Positions 28,303 to 37,766 of a stretch of 64,000 bases of DNA are shown piece after piece. This DNA comes from Thermoplasmata archaeon. Its GTDB lineage: Archaea > Thermoplasmatota > Thermoplasmata > Lutacidiplasmatales > UBA184. Position 1 is the stretch's first letter. Every line of letters starts with the position of its first letter. The stretch covers positions 9,088 through 73,087 of the forward strand of contig JASHWW010000005.1 in the NCBI GenBank assembly GCA_030043855.1, written 5' to 3'. A model generated the notes under the pieces. The model did no database searches. It was not told the DNA's origin and saw only the letters and a list, made by a program, of their open reading frames with translations. The position numbers were made by a program, and so were the translations under genes.

Positions 28303-29409
28303 ATGAAGGCCCGCGTGGAGAAGATCTTCCAGCACCTCGAGAAGCCGGTCGACGCGATCGTTGTGGCGAACTCGGTCGACCCCCACCTCGACCAGAGCTT
28401 CTTCTACCTGTTCGGGGTCCCCGCGGGCCTCTTCGAGGGGGCGGTCGCGATCGCCCACCCGGACGGCAAGCTCGACGTGCTCACCTCCCCGCTCGAGGCC
28501 GAGACGGCGCACCAGGCGGCGAAGCTCGACCCCCACGTGGCGATCCACACGGTGCCCCGGGAAGAGACCGACGGATTCGTCAAGGACCTCCTCGGCGGCG
28601 CGAAGACGGTCGGGCTCAACTTCCGCGAACTGACCCACAGCTGGTACCTCATCCTCGAGAAGGCCGTGCCGGGGACCGACTGGGTCGACGTCTCCGTGCC
28701 GATCCGCAACGCCCGCGTCACGAAGGACGCGCACGAGATCGAGCTGCTCCGCGGAGCGGCCGAGATCGGCTCGAAGGTCGGCCGGGAGATCCCCGGGATG
28801 CTCAAGACCGGGATGACCGAGCTCGAACTCGCGGCCGAGATGGAGTACCGGATGAACCGCCACGGGGCGAGCGGCCGGTCGTTCGCGACGATCGTCGCCT
28901 TCGGCGCCCACGGGGCCGAGCCGCACTTCTCCCCGACCTCCACGAAGCTCAAGCCCGGCGACTCGATGGTCTGCGACTTCGGCGCGACCTACCAGCGGTA
29001 CGTCTGCGACATCACCCGCTCGTTCCACTTCGGCCCACGGGACGAGGAGATGAAGGCCGTCCACGACACCGTCGAGAAGGCGCAGGCGGCGGCGTTCGCG
29101 ACGATCCGGCCGGGGGTTCCCGCGAAGGAGGTCCACGCCGCCGCGGCGAAGGTCATCGACGAGTCGAAGTGGAAGGGGCGACTCACCCACGGGGTCGGGC
29201 ACTCGATCGGGCTCGTGGTGCACGACGGCTGGGGCTACGGCCCGAACGTGGCCGACCCGCTGGTCGAGGGCATGGCGATCACGGTCGAGCCGGGGATCTA
29301 CATCCCCGGCAAGGGCGGCGTCCGGATCGAGGACGACATCGTCGTCACGAAGAACGGCTACGAGTTCCTGACCACCGCGCCGCGCGCGTACATCGAGGTA
29401 GCTGCGTGA
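28303..29409 (+). CDS. Xaa-Pro aminopeptidase/prolidase (M24B)
   Basis: AEPH, DFGA, CDITR, HGVGHSIGL.VHD, TVEPG, RIEDD. Confidence 0.93.
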   Translation: MKARVEKIFQHLEKPVDAIVVANSVDPHLDQSFFYLFGVPAGLFEGAVAIAHPDGKLDVLTSPLEAETAHQAAKLDPHVAIHTVPREETDGFVKDLLGGAKTVGLNFRELTHSWYLILEKAVPGTDWVDVSVPIRNARVTKDAHEIELLRGAAEIGSKVGREIPGMLKTGMTELELAAEMEYRMNRHGASGRSFATIVAFGAHGAEPHFSPTSTKLKPGDSMVCDFGATYQRYVCDITRSFHFGPRDEEMKAVHDTVEKAQAAAFATIRPGVPAKEVHAAAAKVIDESKWKGRLTHGVGHSIGLVVHDGWGYGPNVADPLVEGMAITVEPGIYIPGKGGVRIEDDIVVTKNGYEFLTTAPRAYIEVAA

Positions 29410-30428
29410 GGTTCGGGGTCCTGACCGGCGGCGGCGACTGCCCCGGGCTGAACCCCGCGATCCGTGCCGTCGTCGATCGGGCCGCCCGCGAGGGCCACGA
29501 GACGGTCGGCTTCCGCGACGGCTGGAAGGGCGTCCGCGACGGCCTCACCCGCCCGCTCTCCGTGGACGACGTCCACGACCTGATCGGCCGGGGCGGAACG
29601 ATCCTCGGCAGCTCCCGGACCAATCCGTTCGCGAAGCCGGAGGACGCGGAGAAGGTCGTCCGGACGCTCGCCCACGAGCGGATCGACGCGCTCGTCGCGA
29701 TCGGGGGGGACGACACGCTCACGGCGGCCCGGGAGCTCGCCCGACGCGGCGGGAAGGTCGTCGGGGTCCCGAAGACGATGGACAACGACGTCGCCGGGAC
29801 GGACTGGACGTTCGGATTCCACTCGGCGACCGCGGTAGCGGTCGACGCCCTCGAGCGGCTGCGGGACACCGCGGGGAGCCACCACCGGGCGATCGTGCTC
29901 GAGGTGATGGGTCGGCACGCCGGATGGGTCGCCCTCGCCACGGGCCTCGCCGGCGGCGCGGACGCGACGCTCGTCCCCGAGGAGCCGTACGACGAGGCGG
30001 AACTGTTCCGTCGCGTGCGCGCGGCGGTGGCGGCGCGAGGGCACGCGCTCGTCGTGGCCAGCGAGGGGATCGACCTCGGCCAGCGCAAGGGGTCGACCGG
30101 CGCGAAGGACGAGTTCGGGCACGAGCTCCTGCGCGAGCGCGAGGTCGGCGCCGAACTCGCGGAGCGGATCCAGGCGGCCACCGGCGTGGAGACGCGCAGC
30201 GCCCAGATCGGCCACATCCAGCGAGGCGGCGCGCCCGAGCTGTTCGACCGGATCTTGGCGACCCGCCTCGGGGCTCACGCCGTCGAGCTGGCGCTCGCCG
30301 GTCGGTTCGGCGAGGTCGCGGTGCTCCGCGGGGAGCGGGTCGTCGGAATCCCGCTCGACGAGGCGATCGGCACCTCGAAGACGGTGACCCCGGACTGGCT
30401 GGCGCTCCTGCATACCTTCGAGCCGTAG
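29406..30428 (+). CDS. pfp: PfkA-family 6-phosphofructokinase, PPi-dependent signature
   Basis: GGGDCPGLN, GGTILGSSRTN, GGDDT, PKTMDND, EVMGRHAGW, GHIQRGG. Confidence 0.9.
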   Translation: MRFGVLTGGGDCPGLNPAIRAVVDRAAREGHETVGFRDGWKGVRDGLTRPLSVDDVHDLIGRGGTILGSSRTNPFAKPEDAEKVVRTLAHERIDALVAIGGDDTLTAARELARRGGKVVGVPKTMDNDVAGTDWTFGFHSATAVAVDALERLRDTAGSHHRAIVLEVMGRHAGWVALATGLAGGADATLVPEEPYDEAELFRRVRAAVAARGHALVVASEGIDLGQRKGSTGAKDEFGHELLREREVGAELAERIQAATGVETRSAQIGHIQRGGAPELFDRILATRLGAHAVELALAGRFGEVAVLRGERVVGIPLDEAIGTSKTVTPDWLALLHTFEP

Positions 30429-30436
30429 GCACTCCC

Positions 30437-31447
30437 ATGCCCGTTCGCGCGCTCTGGTTCCGCGACCCGGTCCTCTCGATCCTCGACCAGCGCCAACTCC
30501 CCGGGCGAACGGTGGTCCGCCGGCTCTCTCGGGTCGAGGAGGTCGCCGAGGCGATCCGGACGCTCGCCGTCCGGGGCGCTCCGGCGATCGGCGTGGCAGC
30601 CGCCTACGGAATGGTCGTCGCCCAGCGCGGCGGCCGACACGGGCCGGACCGGGCGGCGGAGCTTCTGCGATCGACGCGTCCGACCGCGGTCGACCTGTTC
30701 GTCGGGGTCGAGACCGTCCGTTCTGCCTGGGCCCGCGGCGACGATGTGCTGTCTGCCGCCGACGCCTATCGCGAACGGATCGTCGGGGAGTGTTATGCGA
30801 TCGGGATCGCCGGTGCCCCCTTGTTCGCCCGCGCCCGCAAGGTGCTCACCCACTGCAACGCCGGGGCGCTCGCGACGGTGGAGTGGGGGACCGCCCTCGC
30901 GCCGATCCGGGTCGCGCGGCGACAGGGAGCCCGACTGTTCGTCTGGGTCGACGAGACCCGGCCGCTCCTCCAGGGGGCCCGGCTCACGGCCTGGGAGCTC
31001 GCCCGCGAGCGGATCCCGCACGCGGTGATCGCCGACAACGCGGCGGGCCACTACCTCGCGACCGGCGAGGTCGACGCGGTGATCGTCGGCGCCGACCGGA
31101 TCGCGCGCAACGGGGACTTCGCCAACAAGATCGGTACCTACGAGAAGGCGGTGGTCGCGCACGAGAACGGCGTTCCGTTCTACGTCGCGGCTCCGTGGAG
31201 CACGTTCGATGCCCGCCGAGCCTCCGGACGGTCGATCCCGGTCGAGGAGCGGCGGGAGGACGAGGTCCTCGAGATCGGCGGACGTCGCCTCGCGCCGTCC
31301 GCCAGCCACGCCCGCAATCCGGCGTTCGACGTGACCCCGGCGAAGTACGTGACCGCCTTCGTCACGCCGGCCGGGGTGCTCCGGCCGGGCGAGATCGCGC
31401 GGACGCTGGCCCGCGTGCGCGGGGCGTCCGCAGTGCCGTCCGCCTAA
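30437..31447 (+). CDS. mtnA: S-methyl-5-thioribose-1-phosphate isomerase (eIF2B-like)
   Basis: LDQRQLP, VRGAPAIG, THCNAGALAT, DETRPLLQGARLT, GADRIARNGD, NPAFDVTP. Confidence 0.92.
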   Translation: MPVRALWFRDPVLSILDQRQLPGRTVVRRLSRVEEVAEAIRTLAVRGAPAIGVAAAYGMVVAQRGGRHGPDRAAELLRSTRPTAVDLFVGVETVRSAWARGDDVLSAADAYRERIVGECYAIGIAGAPLFARARKVLTHCNAGALATVEWGTALAPIRVARRQGARLFVWVDETRPLLQGARLTAWELARERIPHAVIADNAAGHYLATGEVDAVIVGADRIARNGDFANKIGTYEKAVVAHENGVPFYVAAPWSTFDARRASGRSIPVEERREDEVLEIGGRRLAPSASHARNPAFDVTPAKYVTAFVTPAGVLRPGEIARTLARVRGASAVPSA

Positions 31448-31599
31448 GGTACAACGGAGAGCGGGTGCCCGAGCATCCGCACCGTTCCCTCGAACGCGGC
31501 CCCGAAACTCGCGGCAACGTCCACGCCCAGATGATTGAGCGTGAGGACCAGTCCCAACAGCAAGATCACGGCGACCGACCAGGCTCGAATGGCGTGCAT
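31444..31599 (-). CDS. Small hydrophobic protein (51 aa)
   Basis: MHAIRAWSVAVILLLGLVLTLNHLG...; TTTAAC box ~40 nt upstream. Confidence 0.5.
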   Translation of the reverse strand: MHAIRAWSVAVILLLGLVLTLNHLGVDVAASFGAAFEGTVRMLGHPLSVVP

Positions 31600-31802
31600 C
31601 CTCGCACCTCGCGCGGCCGTCGAATCGCGTCCCCGCCTAGTTAAACCGCGACCTCCATCGGCAACGCGGGTCGGTCGGCCGCGGCCCGCGTCTCCGGTCG
31701 AACGCGCGGGCGGGCGCGGGCGCGCGCCGGCGCGAGCGCGGTGCCGCGACGACTGCGGGTCGCGCAAGTTTGATAGCATGGGGCGGTTAGGTCCTCGGGG
31801 CT

Positions 31803-31908
31803 GCCCTGGTAGTCTAGTGGTCTAGGATCTAGGTCTGTCGAGCCTGGGACTCGGGTTCGAAGGCGGCCGGGGGCGCTCCCCCCGGCCCCGGAACTCCCGA
31901 CCAGGGCG
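31803..31908 (+). tRNA. tRNA-Asp(GTC) with 33-nt intron (31862-31894) at position 59/60
   Basis: Acceptor GCCCTGG/CCAGGGC + G73; anticodon arm TAGGT-CTGTCGA-GCCTG; T arm TCGGG-TTCGAA^T-CCCGA interrupted by a BHB-forming insert; CCA not fully encoded. Confidence 0.92.
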
Positions 31909-31965
31909 CCTCCCCACCGATTCCGGCCCAAGCCCGTTTATGCTCGCGGTCGCCTTCCACCGACC

Positions 31966-32781
31966 ATGAGCGACGACGCCACGCCGCCCCCGAGGGGCGA
32001 GGCGCCGTACCTCTCGCACATCGTCGGGGACGCGCTGCGCGACCTGACCGAGAAGCGACTGCTGGAGCTCGTGCGAGCCGAGCCGGTGCCGACGCATCTC
32101 GCGATCATCATGGACGGCAATCGTCGGTTCGCGGCCGCCGAAGGGCTCTCGGTCGCCGACGGGCACGAGCGGGGACGCGATACGCTCGAGGAGCTGCTCA
32201 ACTGGTGCCTCGAGCTCGGGATCCGGGTCCTGACCGTCTACGCGTTTTCGACGGAGAACCGCTCGCGTTCGCCCGAGGAGGTCGAGTCCCTCATGGAGCT
32301 GTTCGACCGGAGCCTCCGGCAGATCGCCGTCGACGAGCGCGTCCACAAGAACCAGATCCGGGTCCGGATCCTCGGCAATCGGGCCCTGCTCCCGGCCCGG
32401 CTCCGGGAGGCGGTCGACCTGGCGGAGACGGCGACCGCCCAGTACTCGGCGTACCTCTACAACGTCGCGCTCGGGTACGGAGGTCGGGACGAGATCCTCG
32501 AGGCGATCCGGACGCTCGCCCGCGAAGTCCGCGACGGCCGCCTGACACCCGAGCAGATCGACTCGGCGGCGGTGTCGCGCCACCTCTACACGGCGGAGCT
32601 GCCGGACCCGGACCTGATCTTCCGGACGAGCGGGGAGGAGCGGATTTCGAACTTCCTGCTCTGGCAGTCGGCGTACAGCGAGCTGTACTTCTCCGACGTC
32701 ATGTGGCCGGGGCTGACGCACCTCGATTTCCTGCGCGCGATCCGGGCCTACCAGATGCGTCGCCGGCGGTACGGCACCTAG
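31966..32781 (+). CDS. uppS: cis-prenyltransferase (undecaprenyl/dolichyl diphosphate synthase)
   Basis: HLAIIMDGNRR, YAFSTEN, YGGRDEI, RTSGEERISNFLLWQSAYSE. Confidence 0.96.
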   Translation: MSDDATPPPRGEAPYLSHIVGDALRDLTEKRLLELVRAEPVPTHLAIIMDGNRRFAAAEGLSVADGHERGRDTLEELLNWCLELGIRVLTVYAFSTENRSRSPEEVESLMELFDRSLRQIAVDERVHKNQIRVRILGNRALLPARLREAVDLAETATAQYSAYLYNVALGYGGRDEILEAIRTLAREVRDGRLTPEQIDSAAVSRHLYTAELPDPDLIFRTSGEERISNFLLWQSAYSELYFSDVMWPGLTHLDFLRAIRAYQMRRRRYGT

Positions 32782-32878
32782 GCGGCCCGGTGTCCCGCAG
32801 GGGATCCGGCGCTCCACGGGAGCCCGATGCATCGGCTGGGCCCCCCGCGGGGTCGGGAGCCTCCGAGCGTTCCAGTAT

Positions 32879-32934
32879 GTTTTAAATAGAACCGCATTTC
32901 TACCCGAACCGAACGCCGAGAGGACTCTCGGAGG
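32879..32934 (+). promoter_or_regulatory. Thermosome promoter: TATA box, downstream inverted repeat and RBS
   Basis: TTTTTAAATA at 32879-32888; TAGAA-N6-TTCTA at 32887-32902; GGAGG at 32930-32934. Confidence 0.7.
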
Positions 32935-32942
32935 ATACACCG

Positions 32943-34607
32943 ATGCTGACAGGACAGACGCCGATCTTGGTGCTGAAGGAAGGGACGAAGCGCGAGAAGG
33001 GCCGCGGAGCGCTCTCGAACAACATCCAGGCCGCGAAGGCGATCGCCGACGCGGTCCGGTCGACGCTCGGGCCGCGCGGGCTCGACAAGATGCTGGTCGA
33101 CTCGATGGGCGACGTCGTCGTCACGAACGACGGGGTCACGATCCTCAAGGAGATGGACGTCGAGCACCCGGCCGCGAAGATGCTGGTCGAGGTCGCGAAG
33201 ACCCAGGACCAGGAAGCCGGGGACGGGACGACCACGGCGGTCGTGCTCGCCGGCGAGCTGCTCAAGCGGGCCGAGGGCCTGATCGAGCAGAACATCCACC
33301 CGACGATCATCTCCCAGGGGTACCGCCTGGCGTCCGCGAAGGCGCTCAAGATCCTCCAGGAGTCGAGCGAGCCGATCGCCATCGGCGACCACGCGAAGCT
33401 CGCGCAGATCGCGGTCACGTCGATGTCCTCGAAGTCGGTCTCGTTCAGCCGGGACGCGCTCGGCGAGATCGCCGTGAAGGCGGTCACCGCGGTCGCGGAG
33501 AAGAAGGGCGACGGCCACTACGTCGACCTTGACAACATCCAGCTGATCAAGAAGCAGGGCGGCTCCATCACCGACACGCAGCTCATCGAGGGGGTCATCG
33601 TCGACAAGGAGAAGGTCCACTCGGGGATGCCGTCGCGCGTCGAGAACCCGAAGATCGCCCTCCTCGACGCCGCGCTCGAGATCAAGAAGACCGAGATCGA
33701 CGCGAAGATCGAGATCAACGACCCGTCCCAGCTGAACGCGTTCCTCCAGGAGGAGGAGAACATGCTGCGGCGGATGGTCGACCAGGTGAAGAAGTCCGGC
33801 GCGAACGTCGTCCTCTGCCAGAAGGGGATCGACGACCTCGCCCAGCACTTCCTCGCGAAGGAAGGCATCTACGCGGTCCGCCGCGTGAAGAAGTCCGACA
33901 TGGAGAAGCTCGCCAAGGCGACCGGGGCGAACATCGTCTCGAAGGTCAGCGAGCTCACCCCCGAGGACGTCGGCACGGCGGGTCTGGTCGAGGAGCGGAA
34001 GATCGGCGAGGACGCGCTCACGTTCGTGACGGGCGCGAAGAAAGCGCGCGCGGTCTCGATCCTGATCCGCGGCGGCACGGAGCACGTCCTGGACGAGATC
34101 GAGCGGTCGCTCGACGACGCCCTCAACGTGGTCGCGGTGGCGGTCGAGGACGGGCGCTTCGTCTACGGCGGCGGCGCGACCGCGAGCGAGCTCGCGCTCC
34201 ACCTCCGCGATGAGGCGGCGAAGATCGGCGGGCGGGAACAGATCGCGTTCGAGAGCTTCGCCGAAGCGCTCGAGACGGTCCCCCGGACCCTCGCCGAGAA
34301 CGCCGGGCTCGACCCGATCGACATTCTGATCGAGCTGCGGAAGGCCCACAAGGGCGGCCAGAAGCACGCGGGCGTCAACATCACGACCGGCAAGGTCAGC
34401 GACATGGGCGAGATCCACGTGATCGAGCCGATCCGGGTCGGGCGCCAGGCGATCGAGAGCGCGACCGATGCGGCCGTCATGATCCTGCGGATCGACGACG
34501 TCATCGCGTCCAAGTCGTCCCCGGCCCCGTCCGGTGGCGGCCCCGGTGGCCCCGGCGGCATGGGTGGGATGGGCGGCATGGGCGGCGGCGACTTCGGCGA
34601 GGATTAA
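32943..34607 (+). CDS. ths: Thermosome subunit (group II chaperonin)
   Basis: [23 protein letters not shown]-repeat tail. Confidence 0.97.
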   Translation: MLTGQTPILVLKEGTKREKGRGALSNNIQAAKAIADAVRSTLGPRGLDKMLVDSMGDVVVTNDGVTILKEMDVEHPAAKMLVEVAKTQDQEAGDGTTTAVVLAGELLKRAEGLIEQNIHPTIISQGYRLASAKALKILQESSEPIAIGDHAKLAQIAVTSMSSKSVSFSRDALGEIAVKAVTAVAEKKGDGHYVDLDNIQLIKKQGGSITDTQLIEGVIVDKEKVHSGMPSRVENPKIALLDAALEIKKTEIDAKIEINDPSQLNAFLQEEENMLRRMVDQVKKSGANVVLCQKGIDDLAQHFLAKEGIYAVRRVKKSDMEKLAKATGANIVSKVSELTPEDVGTAGLVEERKIGEDALTFVTGAKKARAVSILIRGGTEHVLDEIERSLDDALNVVAVAVEDGRFVYGGGATASELALHLRDEAAKIGGREQIAFESFAEALETVPRTLAENAGLDPIDILIELRKAHKGGQKHAGVNITTGKVSDMGEIHVIEPIRVGRQAIESATDAAVMILRIDDVIASKSSPAPSGGGPGGPGGMGGMGGMGGGDFGED

Positions 34608-34642
34608 GGTCGACCCCGCGCGGCCGCGCGAACCCCTTCTCC

Positions 34643-34667
34643 GGTCCCCGGGCGTCGCTCGGGGACC
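34643..34667 (+). terminator. GC-rich hairpin downstream of thermosome gene
   Basis: GGTCCCCGGGC-GTC-GCTCGGGGACC, 11-bp stem with one G:U, followed by pyrimidine-rich TTCCTTC. Confidence 0.4.
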
Positions 34668-34709
34668 CCGATTCCTTCGTCCATATACCCCGTCGACCTG
34701 CCCCGATCG

Positions 34710-35066
34710 ATGCCGCTGTGGAACGACGCGCCCGAAGCCTGGCACGAGGTCCTCCCGCGGGTCCACCGTCGGATCCTGGCCCACGGTCCCGGCGTGATGC
34801 TCGTCCTCTACCGCATCGCCCCGGGGACCGTCTTCCCCCGCCACACGCACCCGCACGCGCAGGCGGGCACGTTCCTCGAGGGAGGCGGGACGTTCGCGGT
34901 CGGCGACGCGCTCTGGGAGATGCGGCCCGGCTCGGCCTACTACGTGCCGGGCGGCGTGCCGCACGAGCTCCGCACGACCCCCGATGGGCCGTCGGTCGTT
35001 CTGGACGCGTTCGCGCCGGTGCGCGAGGAGTTCCTCGGCGAGGCGCGACCGCCCGACCGGACCTAA
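34710..35066 (+). CDS. Cupin domain protein
   Basis: PRHTHPHAQ ... VPGGVPHE ... DAFAPVREEF. Confidence 0.88.
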   Translation: MPLWNDAPEAWHEVLPRVHRRILAHGPGVMLVLYRIAPGTVFPRHTHPHAQAGTFLEGGGTFAVGDALWEMRPGSAYYVPGGVPHELRTTPDGPSVVLDAFAPVREEFLGEARPPDRT

Positions 35067-35857
35067 CCGACCGACCGCAGGCGGCCCCCGTCGACCGGGA
35101 GCATCGCACCGGTGACGTAGCTCGACCGCTCGCTCGCGAGGAACAGGATCGCCTCCGCCAGCTCGTCGGGGGTCCCGAGCCTCCCGAGCGGGATCTCCCG
35201 CTCCAGCGCGGCCCGCTCGTCCGCCGGCGTCGTCCCCTTCCGTCGGGCCGAATCCTCGACGACCTCCGCGATCCGATCGGTGGCGATGTAGCCGGGCAGG
35301 ATCCCGTTCACGCGGATCCCGGCCGGCCCCAGCTCCCGGGCCAACGTGCGCACCAGGCCGGCGACCGCGATGCGACAGACGCTCGACGTAGCGATCGTCG
35401 GGATCGGTTCGCGGATGGCGATCGAGGTCAGGAAGACCATGCGCCCCCGGCTGCGGCTGTCGGTCATCGCCCGCGCCGCGAGCCGCGCCAAGTAGGCCGG
35501 GCTGACCACCAACAGGCGCGCGGCGCGCTCCCAGTCCTCGTACGACTGCTCGAGGTAGGTCCCCGGCGTCGGGGAGCCGGTCACGTAGACGAGCGTGTCC
35601 AGTCCCCCCAAGTACCGTACGCTCTCCCGGACCAGTCGATCGAGGTCGGCCTCGTTTCGGAGGTCGGCGGCCACGCCGTGGACCTCGCCCAGCTCCCCCA
35701 ACGTCCGAACGGCCGCATCGAGGCGGCCCGCGTGCGAGGAGTTCACCACCACGCGCGCGCCACCGCGCACGAACGCGCGGGCGGCCCCGAATCCGATCCC
35801 CTGGCTCGCAGCCGTGACGAGGACGCGCGACCGGACGATGCCCGGTTCCTCGGTCAC
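35063..35857 (-). CDS. SDR family oxidoreductase
   Basis: TAASQGIG, GIRVNGILPGYIAT, IPLGRLGTPDE, VDGG; catalytic YxxxK replaced by SxxxR. Confidence 0.88.
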   Translation of the reverse strand: MTEEPGIVRSRVLVTAASQGIGFGAARAFVRGGARVVVNSSHAGRLDAAVRTLGELGEVHGVAADLRNEADLDRLVRESVRYLGGLDTLVYVTGSPTPGTYLEQSYEDWERAARLLVVSPAYLARLAARAMTDSRSRGRMVFLTSIAIREPIPTIATSSVCRIAVAGLVRTLARELGPAGIRVNGILPGYIATDRIAEVVEDSARRKGTTPADERAALEREIPLGRLGTPDELAEAILFLASERSSYVTGAMLPVDGGRLRSVG

Positions 35858-36525
35858 GCGTTCGCCTCCGGCGACTCGAGAGCGAAGACCCGGGCCATGG
35901 CGCCGCTCCCGTGGGCGATCTTGAGGGGTGCGACGACGAGCGTGTAGACGGTTCCCTCGCGCAGGGCGTCGAGGTGGTCGAGCGCCTCGACCAGCCAGAT
36001 CCCCCGGCGGAGCAGGACCTTGTGCGCCGCGTACTCCGAGTTCGCGAATGGGTCGATGCTGAGCGTGTCGGTCCCGACGCCCTTGACGCCCTGCTCGGCC
36101 ACGAACTGGGCGGCCGCCGGAGAGAGGCCCGGGAAGTCGTACAGGTACTCCCGCGTCGCCGCGCGCCGGCGGCTCCACCCGGTCTCGAGCAGAACGATCT
36201 CGACGGGGGCGTGGGGCCAGTGCGCGCGGACGGTCGCCTCGTCGACGATCGGCCCCGCGAGGTCCTCCCGCACGTCGAGGACGGCGGCCCGCCCCACCAA
36301 CGCCGACGGCGGGATCGCATCGACCGTCGCTCCGTCCTCCAGGAAGTGGTACGGCGCGTCCACGTGGGTCCCGGTGTGGCTGAGGCAATCGACGCGCTCG
36401 ATCGAGTAGCCGTCGCGGGCGATGATCGCGGTCGGTTCGAACACGGGGGACGGCGAGGTCGCCCAGGTCGGCATGTGCGTCTCGAGCAACGCGGTCAGGT
36501 CGTGGATCCGGGGGCCTTCGGGCAC
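35854..36525 (-). CDS. Cyclase family (kynurenine formamidase-like) metal hydrolase
   Basis: HTGTHVDAPYH, GTDTLSID, AHKVLL, VEAL. Confidence 0.9.
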   Translation of the reverse strand: MPEGPRIHDLTALLETHMPTWATSPSPVFEPTAIIARDGYSIERVDCLSHTGTHVDAPYHFLEDGATVDAIPPSALVGRAAVLDVREDLAGPIVDEATVRAHWPHAPVEIVLLETGWSRRRAATREYLYDFPGLSPAAAQFVAEQGVKGVGTDTLSIDPFANSEYAAHKVLLRRGIWLVEALDHLDALREGTVYTLVVAPLKIAHGSGAMARVFALESPEANA

Positions 36526-36571
36526 GGACGCCGGAACCGAAGCGCCTACAAATGGGGAGTGCGAGGACCCA

Positions 36572-37735
36572 CTAGCCCCGGCGCGCACCGTGGGACTCGA
36601 GGAACCGCCCGAGCCGCTCCATCCCTTCGTCCAGCACGTCGATCGGACTGGTGTAGGAGATCCGCACGTGCCCCTCGCCCCGGGACCCGAAGGCGACGCC
36701 CGGTACGATCGCGAGTCGCTCCTCGTCCAAGAGGCGCGCGGCGAACTCGCGGGATGGCATCTTGAGGTCGTACGACGGGAACAGGTAGAACGCTCCCTCG
36801 GGCCGCACGCACCGGAGCCCGGGGAGATCGTCCATGCGGTTCAGCAGGTGGTCCCGGCGTTCCCGGAACTTCTCGCGGAATCGCGTGGTGTCGCCGTCGG
36901 CGTGCTGGAGCGCCCAGAGACAGGCTCGCTGCACGAACGGAGGAACGCAGGTCAGGGTGTGCTCGACGACCTTCACGAGGCGCTCGCGGATCGGGGACGG
37001 CGCGATCGCGTAGCCGGCCCGCCAGCCGGTCATCGCGAACGCCTTCGAGAAGCTTCCCAACGTGACGATGGGTACCGTCCCGTCCCCGACGCTGGCGGTC
37101 GCGAGATGGCTCCCTTCGTACACGAGGGATGCGTACGTCTCGTCGCTGACGACCGTGAGACCGCGGTCGCGGGCGATCCCGAGCACCGCCCGCAGCTCGT
37201 CCCTCCGGAGCGTCCGGCCGGTCGGGTTGGCCGGCGTGACCAGGAACAGCAGCTTGCTCCGCGGGGTGACGGCGGCGTCCAGCGCCGCCGGATCCAAGGA
37301 AAAGTCGGCTCGCAACGGGAACGAGATCGGTCGCGCCCCCGCGAGCCGGATCGGCGCGTCGAACAGGTACGTCGGGTCGGGCAACAGCACGTCGTCCCCG
37401 GGGGCGGCGGTCGCGAGGACCGACGCGTAGATGCCGAACTTGGCCGGGAGGACGACGACGTCGTCCGGGCCGGCGGGGACGTGGTGCCGCGCCGACTCCC
37501 GATCGGCGATCGCCGCCCGCAGATCGGGCATCCCCTGCGCGGCGACATAGTGGGTCAGGCCCTCGCGCATGGCACGGGACGCCGCCTCTCGGATCCCGAC
37601 CGGGGTCTCGAAGTCGGGCTCCCCGATGTGCAGGGAGAGGACCGGATGCCCCGCCGCGCGGAGGCGGAACACCTGCTCGATGAGGGAGAGGATCGGGGAG
37701 TCCGGGACCGAATCCACCAGCATCGGACGACCCAT
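36572..37735 (-). CDS. PLP-dependent aminotransferase class I/II
   Basis: IGEPDFETP, NPTG, SDETY, SFSKAFAMTGWRAG, GAFY. Confidence 0.93.
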   Translation of the reverse strand: MGRPMLVDSVPDSPILSLIEQVFRLRAAGHPVLSLHIGEPDFETPVGIREAASRAMREGLTHYVAAQGMPDLRAAIADRESARHHVPAGPDDVVVLPAKFGIYASVLATAAPGDDVLLPDPTYLFDAPIRLAGARPISFPLRADFSLDPAALDAAVTPRSKLLFLVTPANPTGRTLRRDELRAVLGIARDRGLTVVSDETYASLVYEGSHLATASVGDGTVPIVTLGSFSKAFAMTGWRAGYAIAPSPIRERLVKVVEHTLTCVPPFVQRACLWALQHADGDTTRFREKFRERRDHLLNRMDDLPGLRCVRPEGAFYLFPSYDLKMPSREFAARLLDEERLAIVPGVAFGSRGEGHVRISYTSPIDVLDEGMERLGRFLESHGARRG

Positions 37736-37766
37736 CGTCCGCCGGGTTAAGGGGCCGCGGGTCGAC

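Noticed and set aside
31600-31800. 200-bp very GC-rich intergenic stretch as a possible ncRNA
   Set aside because: No recognisable RNA motif; adequately explained by divergent promoters for the small membrane gene and the tRNA
31862-31894. GC hairpin read as a terminator or as an integration scar in the tRNA
   Set aside because: It forms a proper BHB whose excision restores the T-loop; no integrase or duplicated tRNA 3' end was seen in the window
34540-34590. Short tandem GGC/ATG repeats
   Set aside because: They encode the ordinary GGM tail of the chaperonin
32778-36320. 1180-aa minus-strand ORF, and similar long Arg/Pro/Gly-rich ORFs throughout the window
   Set aside because: They overlap well-supported genes in other frames, lack motifs and have low-complexity composition typical of high-GC shadow frames
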